The notes beneath the pieces were generated by a model. That model did no database searches and had not been told where the DNA came from. It saw only the letters and a program-made list of their open reading frames with translations. A stretch of 64,000 bases of DNA, from contig OY970237.1 in the NCBI GenBank assembly GCA_963715385.1, positions 2,334,610-2,398,609 on the forward strand, in the 5' to 3' direction. Shown piece after piece: positions 28,692 through 37,552 of the stretch. The first letter of the stretch is position 1. The number at the start of each line of letters is the position of its first letter. This DNA comes from an uncultured Solirubrobacteraceae bacterium. GTDB lineage: Bacteria > Actinomycetota > Thermoleophilia > Solirubrobacterales > Solirubrobacteraceae. A program made the position numbers and the translations under genes.

Positions 28692-29544
28692 TTTTCACCT
28701 GCTTGAGGCTCGTGCCCCCGATCGCCACGACCCCCGGCGCGCCGGCCGGGAATTCAGCGGCGTCGCGCAGCCCGCCGCAGGCCGTGTTCAGATAGCCGCA
28801 GTCGCCGGAGCTGGCCGTGATCACGACCCCCGGGTGATCGAAGTAGAGCGAGGCCAGTTTGGCCGAGCTCGGCGAGCGCTCGGGAGCGCCGTAGGAGTTG
28901 CTGACGACCGTCGCGCCGGCGTTCACGGCTGCGTTCACGGCATGCCCGAGGCTGGCGAAGCTTTCGTTGTCGGCCTCCACGAGCAGCACTTTGCAGGTCT
29001 CGCAGATCGCGTGCGCCATCTGCACGTCGATCGATATCTCACCGGCCCATTCGCCTTCCTTGGGCGGAAGCGGGCCGGGCTGCCCGTCCTGGTTGAGCTT
29101 GCGAAAGCAGCCGTTGGCGGTCGTGCAGGCGGACAGGCCGAACTGTTTGTCGTACACGTCGAGGTCGGCCTCGGCGGTCGGATCGTCGTAGGCGTCGACG
29201 ACGGCCACCGTCTGCAACGAGGAGGCCAGCGAGTCACTCGGCAACGCGTACGCTTCGTGCAGACGCTGAGGGGTCAGGTAGCCGGGAATGGGGGATTTCA
29301 CGCTCACCGCCGGCCTCGCGCCACGGCCTGCTTCGGCGGCCTGCCTGCTGGCGTTGGCCTGGAGCTCAGACGAGCTCAGATCGGCGGGCACGAGCTTCAT
29401 CGAGAGGCATGCGGCGGCGCCCGCAGGTGGCTTGCCGCACACCCGCTGAACGCGGTATCGCGGGGCCGCGGACGCTCCTGCGAGCGATGGTGTCGCGGCC
29501 AGGCTCAGAAGGCCGACGGCAGCCAGCGCGAGCAGCATCCGCAT
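27448..29544 (-). CDS. Secreted S53 (sedolisin-like) serine protease with Ig-like and IPT/TIG domains, copy A
   Basis: GEISID (ExxxD), SSGD, GGTSVASP, GYDGPTG.GSP; signal peptide MRMLLALAA. Confidence 0.85.
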   Translation of the reverse strand: MRMLLALAAVGLLSLAATPSLAGASAAPRYRVQRVCGKPPAGAAACLSMKLVPADLSSSELQANASRQAAEAGRGARPAVSVKSPIPGYLTPQRLHEAYALPSDSLASSLQTVAVVDAYDDPTAEADLDVYDKQFGLSACTTANGCFRKLNQDGQPGPLPPKEGEWAGEISIDVQMAHAICETCKVLLVEADNESFASLGHAVNAAVNAGATVVSNSYGAPERSPSSAKLASLYFDHPGVVITASSGDCGYLNTACGGLRDAAEFPAGAPGVVAIGGTSLKQVKKAWTSTTWDEGGSGCSLVFSAPAWQSATPNFSATGCAAGRSVADVSAIGDPNTGVDVYDSTPEGNGNPTGWGVWGGTSVASPIVAAEFALSGGAQAVAYPAATLYTHLGDPSALYDVISGSNGTCSGASSCQAIAGYDGPTGVGSPLGLSAFSTAGTPANSTPPTISGLAEQGQTLSLTQGAWSNSPTSIGHQWADCNSSGSSCSPIAGATGPTYTLTTADVDSTIRVQESAANASGSGPPTVSAQSAVVVSNVPALSGFTPPAGITGSSVTINGSALGGVNSVLFGKLAASFTVLSNTQIEAIVPDGAKAGKIAISAPGGAATSQAKFTPTLSITAFSPKHGVPGKLVTIKGVGFTNSSSVAFNGVPATSVSFISQSKLKAAVPAGAGTGAITVTNTTAPTGTVSSAVGFVVG

Positions 29545-29612
29545 CTGACGACATCCCCCTGGCCACGCCTGCATCGAGCGGGCAATAGCACCCATGCGGT
29601 CGATGTTATTGG

Positions 29613-29822
29613 CTAACCCTCGCGAACGCACCCGATTCGCGAGACCTGGACGAAGATCGGATCGCCCAGGCCGATCTGCGTGAGGCTGACCCACCCTGGC
29701 GGTGCGACGATCGCGCCGCTTCCGTGCCGAAGTCCATCGCGTGAGTCGACGATCCGCGCGAGGATTTCCTCGACATCCTCGGCCACGTCGATCTCTGTCT
29801 CGTCAAGCAGGATGCGCGCCAT
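29613..29822 (-). CDS. Small hypothetical protein (69 aa)
   Basis: AAAGGA RBS upstream of ATG; protein-like composition. Confidence 0.6.
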   Translation of the reverse strand: MARILLDETEIDVAEDVEEILARIVDSRDGLRHGSGAIVAPPGWVSLTQIGLGDPIFVQVSRIGCVREG

Positions 29823-29858
29823 CTGGCGGTCCTTTCGGTCGGGTGGTGGGTTCGCCGC

Positions 29859-29999
29859 TCAATTGTCGTCGTCCGCAAAGTCGGTGGCTTCGACGCCGAG
29901 TACTCCGTCGAGCCTGTCGAGCGTAATCGCCAGCTCTTCGATCGTGGGCTTGCCGCGCACCTCGAGTGTCACGGCGACCGCGGGCACGCCGCCGCCGGT
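29859..29999 (-). pseudogene. 3' remnant of an MgtC/SapB-like gene (ACT-like tail)
   Basis: TGGGVPAVAVTLEVRGKPTIEELAITLDRLDGVLGVEATDFADDDN*; in-frame stop just upstream; family call from recall. Confidence 0.45.
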
Positions 30000-30058
30000 C
30001 TCACTTCAACACCTCAGGGGTTACAGATGCCGACAATTTCAGTCGACAATATCAAGTA

Positions 30059-31306
30059 GCCCTCAGCCCACCACAAAGCCGACGGCGCTCGAGACCGTGC
30101 CCGTCGGAGCCGTGGTGTTGGTCACGGTGATCGCTCCGGTGCCCGCTCCGGCGGGGACGGCGGCCTTCAGCTTGCTCTGGGAGATAAAGCTCACGCTCGT
30201 GGCGGGGACGCCGTTGAAGGCGACGCTCGAGCTGTTGGTGAAGCCGACTCCCTTGATCGTCACGAGCTTGCCGGGGACGCCGTGTTTGGGGCTGAAGGCG
30301 GTGATCGAGAGGGTCGGTGTGAACTTGGCCTGGCTGGTGGCGGCTCCGCCCGGGGCGCTGATGGCGATCTTGCCGGCCTTGGCCCCGTCGGGCACGATCG
30401 CTTCGATCTGCGTGTTCGACAGCACGGTGAAGCTGGCGGCGAGTTTCCCGAACAGCACGCTGTTCACGCCGCCGAGGGCGCTGCCGTTGATCGTCACCGA
30501 GCTGCCCGTTATCCCCGCAGGCGGCGTGAAGCCGCTCAGCGCGGGCACGTTGGAGACGACCACGGCGCTCTGAGCGGAGACGGTCGGCGGCCCTGAGCCG
30601 GAGGCGTTGGCGGCGCTCTCCTGCACGCGGATCGTCGAGTCCACGTCGGCGGTCGTGAGCGTGTAGGTGGGCCCGGTGGCTCCCGCGATCGGCGAGCAGC
30701 TGGAGCCGGAGCTGTTGCAGTCGGCCCATTGATGGCCGATCGAGGTGGGGCTGTTGCTCCAGGCGCCCTGCGTGAGGCTGAGCGTCTGGCCCTGTTCGGC
30801 CAGGCCCGAGATCGTGGGCGGGGTGCTGTTCGCGGGCGTCCCGGCCGTGGAGAAGGCGCTCAGGCCCAGCGGGCTGCCAACCCCCGTTGGCCCGTCATAG
30901 CCGGCGATCGCCTGGCAGGAGCTGGCGCCCGAGCAGGTGCCGTTGCTGCCTGAGATCACGTCGTAGAGGGCGCTGGGATCGCCGAGGTGGGTGTAGAGGG
31001 TGGCGGCTGGATAGGCGACCGCCTGGGCGCCGCCGGAGAGGGCGAACTCGGCGGCGACGATCGGCGAGGCGACCGAGGTGCCTCCCCACACGCCCCAGCC
31101 GGTCGGGTTGCCGTTGCCTTCGGGGGTGCTGTCATAGACGTCGACTCCGGTGTTCGGATCGCCGATCGCCGAGACGTCGGCGACCGAGCGACCGGCGGCG
31201 CAGCCGGTGGCTGAGAAGTTGGGCGTGGCGCTCTGCCAGGCGGGGGCGCTGAAGACGAGGCTGCAGCCGCTGCCGCCTTCGTCCCAGGTGGTGCTGGTCC
31301 AGGCTT
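30059..31306. repeat. 1248-bp direct repeat copy 2 (3' half of protease B)
   Basis: Matches 27444-28691. Confidence 0.9.
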
Positions 31307-32207
31307 CGCCGGCTTTGCTGAGTGAGGTTCCGCCCACCGCCACCACATCTTGGGAGTCGGCGGGGAAGCTGGCAGCCCCTTCCTCGAGCGGGCAGGCCTG
31401 GTTTAGGTAGCCGCAGTCGCCGGAGCTTGCGGCGATGACGACGCCTGGATGGTCGTAGTAGAGGCTGTTGTAGGTGGAGTAGAACGACTGCTCGGGACCG
31501 CCGTAGGAGTTGCTGACGACCGTCGCGCCGGCATTGACGGCCGTGTTGACCGACGCTCCCAGATCGGGGAAGTCTTCGCTGCTGGCCTCCACCAGCACGA
31601 TCCGGCAGGCGGGGCAGATCGCGTGCGCCATCTGCACGTCGATCGAGATCTCGCCCGCCCATTCGCCGTTTTTGTGCGGCAACGGAGCGCTGTGTCCCGC
31701 CTGGTTGAGCTTGCGAAAGCAGCCGTTGGCCTTCGTGCAGGCGGGCAGGCCGAACTGTTTGTCGTACACGTCGAGGTCGGCCTCGGCGGTCGGATCGTCG
31801 TAGGCATCGACGATGCCAATCGTCTGCAGTGAGGAGGAGCTCGTCTCACTCGGAAGCGCATAGGCTTCGCGCAGGCTTTCCGGGGTCAGGTTGCCCGGCA
31901 GCGGATCTTCGTTCGTGACCAGGGGACGCGCACCGCTCGCCGCTTCTCGGGACTGTCTGTTGGCGCTGGCCCGCAGATCGCTGGGCGTGAGCGATGCGGG
32001 CACGAGCTTCATGCCCATGCAGGCAGCCGCCCCCGGGCGGGGCGTGTGACAGAGGCGATGAACGCGGAAGCGCGCGCGGGCGTGTGCCGCCGATACGGCT
32101 GGGCTCCCTCCCATCGCCAAGGCGCCGACTCCGAGCAGCGCGACTCCCTTTCGCGCCCATCGATGTCGCACCGGCTGCGCCTGCTCGAAGCGGGCCGTCG
32201 TGCGCAT
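30063..32207 (-). CDS. Secreted S53 serine protease with Ig-like and IPT/TIG domains, copy B
   Basis: Same catalytic motifs; N-terminal half clearly diverged from copy A. Confidence 0.85.
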   Translation of the reverse strand: MRTTARFEQAQPVRHRWARKGVALLGVGALAMGGSPAVSAAHARARFRVHRLCHTPRPGAAACMGMKLVPASLTPSDLRASANRQSREAASGARPLVTNEDPLPGNLTPESLREAYALPSETSSSSLQTIGIVDAYDDPTAEADLDVYDKQFGLPACTKANGCFRKLNQAGHSAPLPHKNGEWAGEISIDVQMAHAICPACRIVLVEASSEDFPDLGASVNTAVNAGATVVSNSYGGPEQSFYSTYNSLYYDHPGVVIAASSGDCGYLNQACPLEEGAASFPADSQDVVAVGGTSLSKAGEAWTSTTWDEGGSGCSLVFSAPAWQSATPNFSATGCAAGRSVADVSAIGDPNTGVDVYDSTPEGNGNPTGWGVWGGTSVASPIVAAEFALSGGAQAVAYPAATLYTHLGDPSALYDVISGSNGTCSGASSCQAIAGYDGPTGVGSPLGLSAFSTAGTPANSTPPTISGLAEQGQTLSLTQGAWSNSPTSIGHQWADCNSSGSSCSPIAGATGPTYTLTTADVDSTIRVQESAANASGSGPPTVSAQSAVVVSNVPALSGFTPPAGITGSSVTINGSALGGVNSVLFGKLAASFTVLSNTQIEAIVPDGAKAGKIAISAPGGAATSQAKFTPTLSITAFSPKHGVPGKLVTIKGVGFTNSSSVAFNGVPATSVSFISQSKLKAAVPAGAGTGAITVTNTTAPTGTVSSAVGFVVG

Positions 32208-32274
32208 GATCTGGAAATCGTATCGGCTGCCTCAGGGTTTGAGGCGGGCTTTGCGCGGGCATGCGTGAAACAGG

Positions 32275-32682
32275 ATGTCGATCGATCCCCTCGCGGCGCC
32301 AAACCTCGTGATGTCGCTGCCGCTCGAGCCGGATGCTCCGCGCGCGGCGCGTCATCATGTGGCCCAGGTGGAGATCCTCTCACCGGACCTGCGAGACGCG
32401 GTGATGCTGCTGACGAGCGAGCTCGTCACCCGTGCCGTGCGCCAGCGCAGCTGCGAATCGGAGGAGGCGGTCGAGCTGCTCGTGTGGATGCCCGCGGATG
32501 TCGTCCGCGTCGAGTTGCGGGCGCCCAACGAGCGCCTCGTGCGGCCGCCGGAGGCCGCGGGACCGCACTACGATCACATCCTGCTCGACCAAGTCGCCCA
32601 TCGCTGGTCGATTGACACGGGCCGGCGTCCAGCGCGAATCTGGTTCGAGATAGACCGCGATCGGCTGTGGAGCGAGGAGTGA
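32275..32682 (+). CDS. RsbW-like HATPase (ATP-binding protein), degenerate
   Basis: PDAPRAARH, LLTSELVTRAV, IWFEI. Confidence 0.7.
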   Translation: MSIDPLAAPNLVMSLPLEPDAPRAARHHVAQVEILSPDLRDAVMLLTSELVTRAVRQRSCESEEAVELLVWMPADVVRVELRAPNERLVRPPEAAGPHYDHILLDQVAHRWSIDTGRRPARIWFEIDRDRLWSEE

Positions 32683-32732
32683 CTCGAACACGGCCACGCT
32701 CGTTGCGAGCCGTTCAAATAGCCTTACAGCTG

Positions 32733-33188
32733 GTGACAGTGACAAGCGCCACGCGAACCTGTCAAGCGAAGCAGCGGCGGCTGGCGCCGATTGCCGTCAG
32801 GGCGCTGCTGGTCACTGTTCTCGCAATTGCCGTGGCCTGCCCGGCCGCGCTCGCCGCTCACCGTGACTACGGCAAGCCGATCGCCCAGGGCAGGCTCGGA
32901 GTCGACGGAACCCCCAAGGCGAGCTTCCACGGCGTTCGCCCAGCCCCCAGCTTCTGGCTCGTGGTGGCGAACCCCGCGGGAGCCTCACTCGGCATCAGCT
33001 GGTCGGTCTCGTGCTCGGACCCCACCCACAAAGCGAACGGCGGCGCCACCGGCGAAGCCACGATCGCGCCCGGCCACTGGGCCAAGCGCGTGCGGGCCGA
33101 CTGGATCAAGCACCCCGCCTACTGCTCTGGCAAAGTCGAAGGGCTGATCGGCAGCGGCCCGCTGAGGATCCACATATACGCCGAATAG
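32733..33188 (+). CDS. Secreted hypothetical protein
   Basis: Signal-like ALLVTVLAIAVACPAALA; start uncertain. Confidence 0.5.
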   Translation: MTVTSATRTCQAKQRRLAPIAVRALLVTVLAIAVACPAALAAHRDYGKPIAQGRLGVDGTPKASFHGVRPAPSFWLVVANPAGASLGISWSVSCSDPTHKANGGATGEATIAPGHWAKRVRADWIKHPAYCSGKVEGLIGSGPLRIHIYAE

Positions 33189-33207
33189 GCGTGGGCGCGG
33201 TCCGCGG

Positions 33208-33669
33208 TTATGCGGCGGCGGAGAGTCGCGGCGCCGTGAGGAGGTCGATCAGCAGCGAGCGCATCGCGTTCACACGCTTGACGCCGAACTGCTCGGCCCA
33301 GCCGCGCTCGATGTCCGCGATGATCTCAAAGCCCGCGCGCTGGGCGTCGCGGCCACGCTCGGTGAGGTGGATGATCTTCGCGCGCCCGTCGCTGGGGTCA
33401 GGTGCTCGTTCGGCATAGCCGAGGCGTTCGAGGTCGCTCACGGACTCGCCGACCGCCTGCTTGGTCATGCCGGCGCGCTCGGCCAGCTCGGTGAGGCGCA
33501 TCCCGTCGGGATCGATGTTGCCGAACACACAGCCGTGAGCCCCACGGATCTCGCTGTAGCCGAGCGCCGTCATACGCGTCGAGAGCTCGTCCGCGACGGC
33601 GTCGGCCGCCGTATAGAGCAGCGCGATGAAGTCCTGGCGCTGGATCTTGTCGATTTGGTCAGTTTCCAT
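33208..33669 (-). CDS. MarR family regulator
   Basis: LTELAERAGMTKQAVGESVSDLERLGY; DPSDGRAK. Confidence 0.9.
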   Translation of the reverse strand: METDQIDKIQRQDFIALLYTAADAVADELSTRMTALGYSEIRGAHGCVFGNIDPDGMRLTELAERAGMTKQAVGESVSDLERLGYAERAPDPSDGRAKIIHLTERGRDAQRAGFEIIADIERGWAEQFGVKRVNAMRSLLIDLLTAPRLSAAA

Positions 33670-33689
33670 GATAAGGTTGCTTGATAATT

Positions 33690-33705
33690 TTGCCTGACAA
33701 GGCAA
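33690..33705. promoter_or_regulatory. Candidate MarR operator
   Basis: TTGCCT-N4-AGGCAA between divergent marR and MFS. Confidence 0.55.
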
Positions 33706-33741
33706 CCTGACGATTGTAGAGCGAGAACCGGAGGCCGTCAA

Positions 33742-35283
33742 ATGACTCGCAAGTGGTGGACCCTCACAGCGGTGGTGATCGCCACCTTCATGCTGCTGCT
33801 CGACATCACGGTCGTGAACACCGCGCTGCCGAAGATCGAGAAGAGCCTGAACGCCAGCTTCACGGACCTGCAATGGGTGATCGACGCCTACGCGCTGGCA
33901 TTGGCGACGGTCGTGCTGACATCTGGATCGCTCGCCGACCGCTTCGGGCGCAAGCGCCTGTTCGTGATCGGCCTGATCGTCTTCACCCTGGCCTCGCTGG
34001 CGTGCGCGCTCGCGCCGAGCGCCGGCTTTTTGATCGGCGCGCGCGCCGTGCAGGGCATCGGCGGCGCGATCATGTTCGCGATCTCATTGGCGCTCGTGGC
34101 CCAGGAGTTCCCGGGCGGGAGCGAGCGCGGGATGGCGATGGCCATCTACGGAGCCACGATCGGCGTGGCGGTCGCCGTCGGCCCGCTGCTCGGCGGCGCG
34201 CTGACGCAGGCGCTCGGCTGGGAGGCGGTCTTCTACATAAACGTGCCGATCGGCGTCGCGGCCCTGGTCATCAGCGTGCTGAACATCGCCGAGTCGCGTG
34301 ACCCGAACGCGACGCGAGCCGACTGGCCCGGTGTGGCGACGTTCAGCGCCGCGCTGTTCATGCTCGTGCTGGCCCTGTTGCGCGGCAACGCAAGCGGCTG
34401 GGGCAGCGCCTCGATCCTGTCGCTGCTCGCCGGGGCGGCGGTGCTGCTCGGGGCGTTCGTGTGGATCGAGCGCCATTCGGCGAATCCGATGCTGCCGCTC
34501 GAGCTGTTTCGCAACCGTGCCTTCACCGGCGTGCAGATCGCGGCGTTCGCGATCAGCGCCTCGATGTTCGCGCTGTTCCTGTACCTGACCCTCTACCTGC
34601 AGGCGTTCCTCGGCGACACGCCGCTCGGCGCGGGCGAGCGCTACCTGCCGCTGACGATCGTGACGTTCGTCGTCGCCGGGCTCTCGGGCATGTGGGTCTC
34701 GCGGATCGCGGCGCGAGCGCAGCTTGGCGTCGGTCTCGGTCTCGTGGGGCTGGGCCTGATCCTCATGTGCGGCCTGAGCGCAGGCGACGACTGGACCGCG
34801 TTGCTGCCCGGCTTCATCCTCGCCGGCGCCGGCACCGGCGTCCTCAACACGGTCGTCGCCGACGTGGCGTTGAGCGTCGTGCCGAAGGAGCGCAGCGGGA
34901 TGGCCGCCGGGATCAACGACACATTCCGCCAGGTCGGCATCGCCGTGGGCATCGCGGCGTGGGGCGCGATCTTCACGGCGCGCGGCGCGTCGAAGGCCGT
35001 CTCGCTCGCGAGCGAGGCGCGCGGACACGGCCGTCAACTCGTCGAAGCGGTGTCCTCGGGCAGGCTCGCCGAGGCCGTGGCGCCGCTGCCCGCGGGGGCG
35101 CGCAGCGCCGTCGCGCACGCGGCCCGCGAGGGATTCCTGGCGGGCCTCAACGAGGTGCTGCTGCTCGGAGGCATCCTCGCGCTGCTCGGAGGGATCGCCG
35201 CGGCGCTGCTCGTGCGCGAGCGCGAAATCGAGCGTGACGAACCGGTCCGCTCCGCCCCCGGCTCGGTGCCCGTTCCGGCATAG
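33742..35283 (+). CDS. DHA2 (EmrB/QacA) MFS efflux transporter
   Basis: FMLLLDITVVNTALP, WVIDAY, GSLADRFGRKR; 14-TM pattern. Confidence 0.92.
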   Translation: MTRKWWTLTAVVIATFMLLLDITVVNTALPKIEKSLNASFTDLQWVIDAYALALATVVLTSGSLADRFGRKRLFVIGLIVFTLASLACALAPSAGFLIGARAVQGIGGAIMFAISLALVAQEFPGGSERGMAMAIYGATIGVAVAVGPLLGGALTQALGWEAVFYINVPIGVAALVISVLNIAESRDPNATRADWPGVATFSAALFMLVLALLRGNASGWGSASILSLLAGAAVLLGAFVWIERHSANPMLPLELFRNRAFTGVQIAAFAISASMFALFLYLTLYLQAFLGDTPLGAGERYLPLTIVTFVVAGLSGMWVSRIAARAQLGVGLGLVGLGLILMCGLSAGDDWTALLPGFILAGAGTGVLNTVVADVALSVVPKERSGMAAGINDTFRQVGIAVGIAAWGAIFTARGASKAVSLASEARGHGRQLVEAVSSGRLAEAVAPLPAGARSAVAHAAREGFLAGLNEVLLLGGILALLGGIAAALLVREREIERDEPVRSAPGSVPVPA

Positions 35284-35373
35284 GCCCCACGCCGCCGCCG
35301 AGCGCTCCGTTTGGCGTCCGGTGGCGTGCGTGCGCGGCGCCAGCCCTCCGGGTGATCTGGCAGGCTTACGGCA

Positions 35374-37350
35374 GTGTCACGGTCCCGGCATGCCGCGCAC
35401 GTCGAGCAAAGTCGGCAAGAGATCCTCGGCGCGCTTGAAGAGGACAACGACATCGTGCTGGTGCGGGCGCCAGCGGGAGCCGCAGGCGAGCTCAACCGCG
35501 CCGGCGCGCGTCGGCTGCTGAGCGATCGCAGCCACCGGGAGATAGGCCTCCAGGAGCTGTCCGAAGCGGGGGGCGGCACGGCGTTGATCTGTGGCGGCGG
35601 GGGCTTCTGCCAACCCCATCACGCGCTCATGCCGCACGTCTTGGCGGTCGCGGAGTTGAGGTTCGAGCGCGTGATCCTGCTGCCCAGCACATTCGACACC
35701 GACGTTGACGCCGTGCGCGAAGCGGTGGAACGCTCGACCGCGGTCATTTTCGCTCGTGAGCGGGAGTCCTTTCGCCGGATTCGATCGTTGTGCGATGCCC
35801 GGCTCGCACACGACACGAGCTTCTTCTTCGATTACGACAGCCACCGCCGGGGAGCGGGATCGGGAGTCCTGAACGCCTTTCGCGCTGATCCGGAGTCCGC
35901 CGGCGAGCGCCCGATCCCAACAGCGAGCGACGACCTGTCGAACGTTCACGCGCTCGAGGATTGGCTTGCGACGATCTCGCGCCATGCGGTAGTGCGAACC
36001 GACAGGGCGCAGGTGACGATCGCCGCCGCGCTGCTTGGGAAGGAGGTCGAGTTTGACGCCGGCCGCGACTTCACGGTGCAGGCGATCGCCGATTATGCAT
36101 TGGGCGAATATCCGGTGAGACGACTGCCTCCCGCCGACAGGCCCGAGCGGCCGCGCGCTCGTCTCGCCCCTTTCCCCAGCTCGCCGGAGGGGAAAGCCGT
36201 GCGCGACCGCCTGCGAGCTCGCGCCGAGACCGATCCCGCACCGTCGCTGCCCGAGAGCGGGAATCGCCCGCCACGGGTGACCGCCGTGGTCCTCTCCCAC
36301 AATCGGCCGGAGCTCGTCCTCGGATCACTCCACTCGTTGATCCACGCGACGAGCATTCCGCTGACGATTGTCGTGGTCGACAACAACTCGACGCGTGCCA
36401 CGCGCCGGATGCTCGCCGACGCGTGCGCCGAGCATCCACGGATTCAAGTGCATTTGAGCGACCGCAATCTCGGCGCCGCCGGCGGGCGCAAGCGCGCGCT
36501 CGAGCTCAGCGACACGGAGTTGGTGCTGTTCCTCGACGATGACGCCGAACTGCTGCCCGGTGCGCTCGAGCACATGGTCGCGGAGCTCGATCGTCACCCC
36601 GCAACGGGCGCCGTGAGCGCCACGGTTGTGTTGCCTGACGGGCGAGTGTCGCACTCGGGCGGCTCGCTCAGCGACTCCTCCGAGATCGTCAGCTTCACGC
36701 TCGACGGCTCGGGCCTGCGGTTCGACGATCCCAACCTGCCGGCCTCCGGGCGGTGCGACTGGCTTCCCTGGACCGCGCTGCTCGTGCGCACGAGCCTATT
36801 CGAGCGCGCCCCGCTCGACCCGGCGATGTTCAGCTACTACGAGGACAACGATTGGGCACTTCGATGTGTGCAGGCCGAGCCCGGCTCGAACTGCTTCCGG
36901 CGCTCGCACGAGGCGCTGGTCATCCATCACGCCCAGGAGCGGCCTTGGCAGCGGGAGGACTTTGCCGGCCGGGCATATCTGACTCGCTTCATCCTCGCCG
37001 CCGCGTACTTCTATCGGCGGCACAGGCGGCTGCTCGGAGTTCCCGGCACGGATGTGTTCTCGATCATGCCCGAGCTGACGCGAACGAACGGGACACTCGA
37101 TTGCGCGGGCGCACGTCTGGTGATGGCGCTTGCGAGCACACACAGCGAGGACTGGCTGTTGATGGAATGGATGAACGGCGGTCTGGACCCGGTGCTCGGT
37201 GTCGAGCGGACCGCACTTGGCGACGAGTTGCACGCCGCCAGGGTCGAAGTCGATGCACTGCGTGCCGAGCTCGCCCTCCGTCCAGATCGCACTCGACGCC
37301 GCAGCCGCTCGGCGCGAGCGCAACCAGCGGTGAGAGCCTCATCGAGCTGA
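35374..37350 (+). CDS. Polysaccharide pyruvyltransferase-like domain fused to GT2 glycosyltransferase
   Basis: GGGGF, LPSTF, ARERES, AHDTSF, TDR; then VVVDNNS, FLDDDA, YYEDNDW; probable +1 near 37275 changes the tail. Confidence 0.75.
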   Translation: MSRSRHAAHVEQSRQEILGALEEDNDIVLVRAPAGAAGELNRAGARRLLSDRSHREIGLQELSEAGGGTALICGGGGFCQPHHALMPHVLAVAELRFERVILLPSTFDTDVDAVREAVERSTAVIFARERESFRRIRSLCDARLAHDTSFFFDYDSHRRGAGSGVLNAFRADPESAGERPIPTASDDLSNVHALEDWLATISRHAVVRTDRAQVTIAAALLGKEVEFDAGRDFTVQAIADYALGEYPVRRLPPADRPERPRARLAPFPSSPEGKAVRDRLRARAETDPAPSLPESGNRPPRVTAVVLSHNRPELVLGSLHSLIHATSIPLTIVVVDNNSTRATRRMLADACAEHPRIQVHLSDRNLGAAGGRKRALELSDTELVLFLDDDAELLPGALEHMVAELDRHPATGAVSATVVLPDGRVSHSGGSLSDSSEIVSFTLDGSGLRFDDPNLPASGRCDWLPWTALLVRTSLFERAPLDPAMFSYYEDNDWALRCVQAEPGSNCFRRSHEALVIHHAQERPWQREDFAGRAYLTRFILAAAYFYRRHRRLLGVPGTDVFSIMPELTRTNGTLDCAGARLVMALASTHSEDWLLMEWMNGGLDPVLGVERTALGDELHAARVEVDALRAELALRPDRTRRRSRSARAQPAVRASSS

Positions 37351-37552
37351 TCGCCGGTGATCGTGAGCAGCGAGTCCTCGATCTGACCTCGCAGTCGCAG
37401 ACATCCACAGCATCGAGTTCATGCGCTCCCCTTTTCACCGCGGGCAAGAGCGCGATACTGCTTTTCGCGCCAAGCGTCGGCGGGCCGATACCTGTTCGAA
37501 CTCGAGTCCGCGGTGACTATATGATCGCGATGCCAACCAATAAGGAGGGGAT

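Noticed and set aside
30001-30060. Sequencing adapter or IS end
   Set aside because: No match to adapters I recall; no terminal inverted repeats or transposase.
37351-37552. Riboswitch or gene remnant before the methyltransferase
   Set aside because: No riboswitch consensus recognised; a short protein-like minus-strand stretch is too weak to call.
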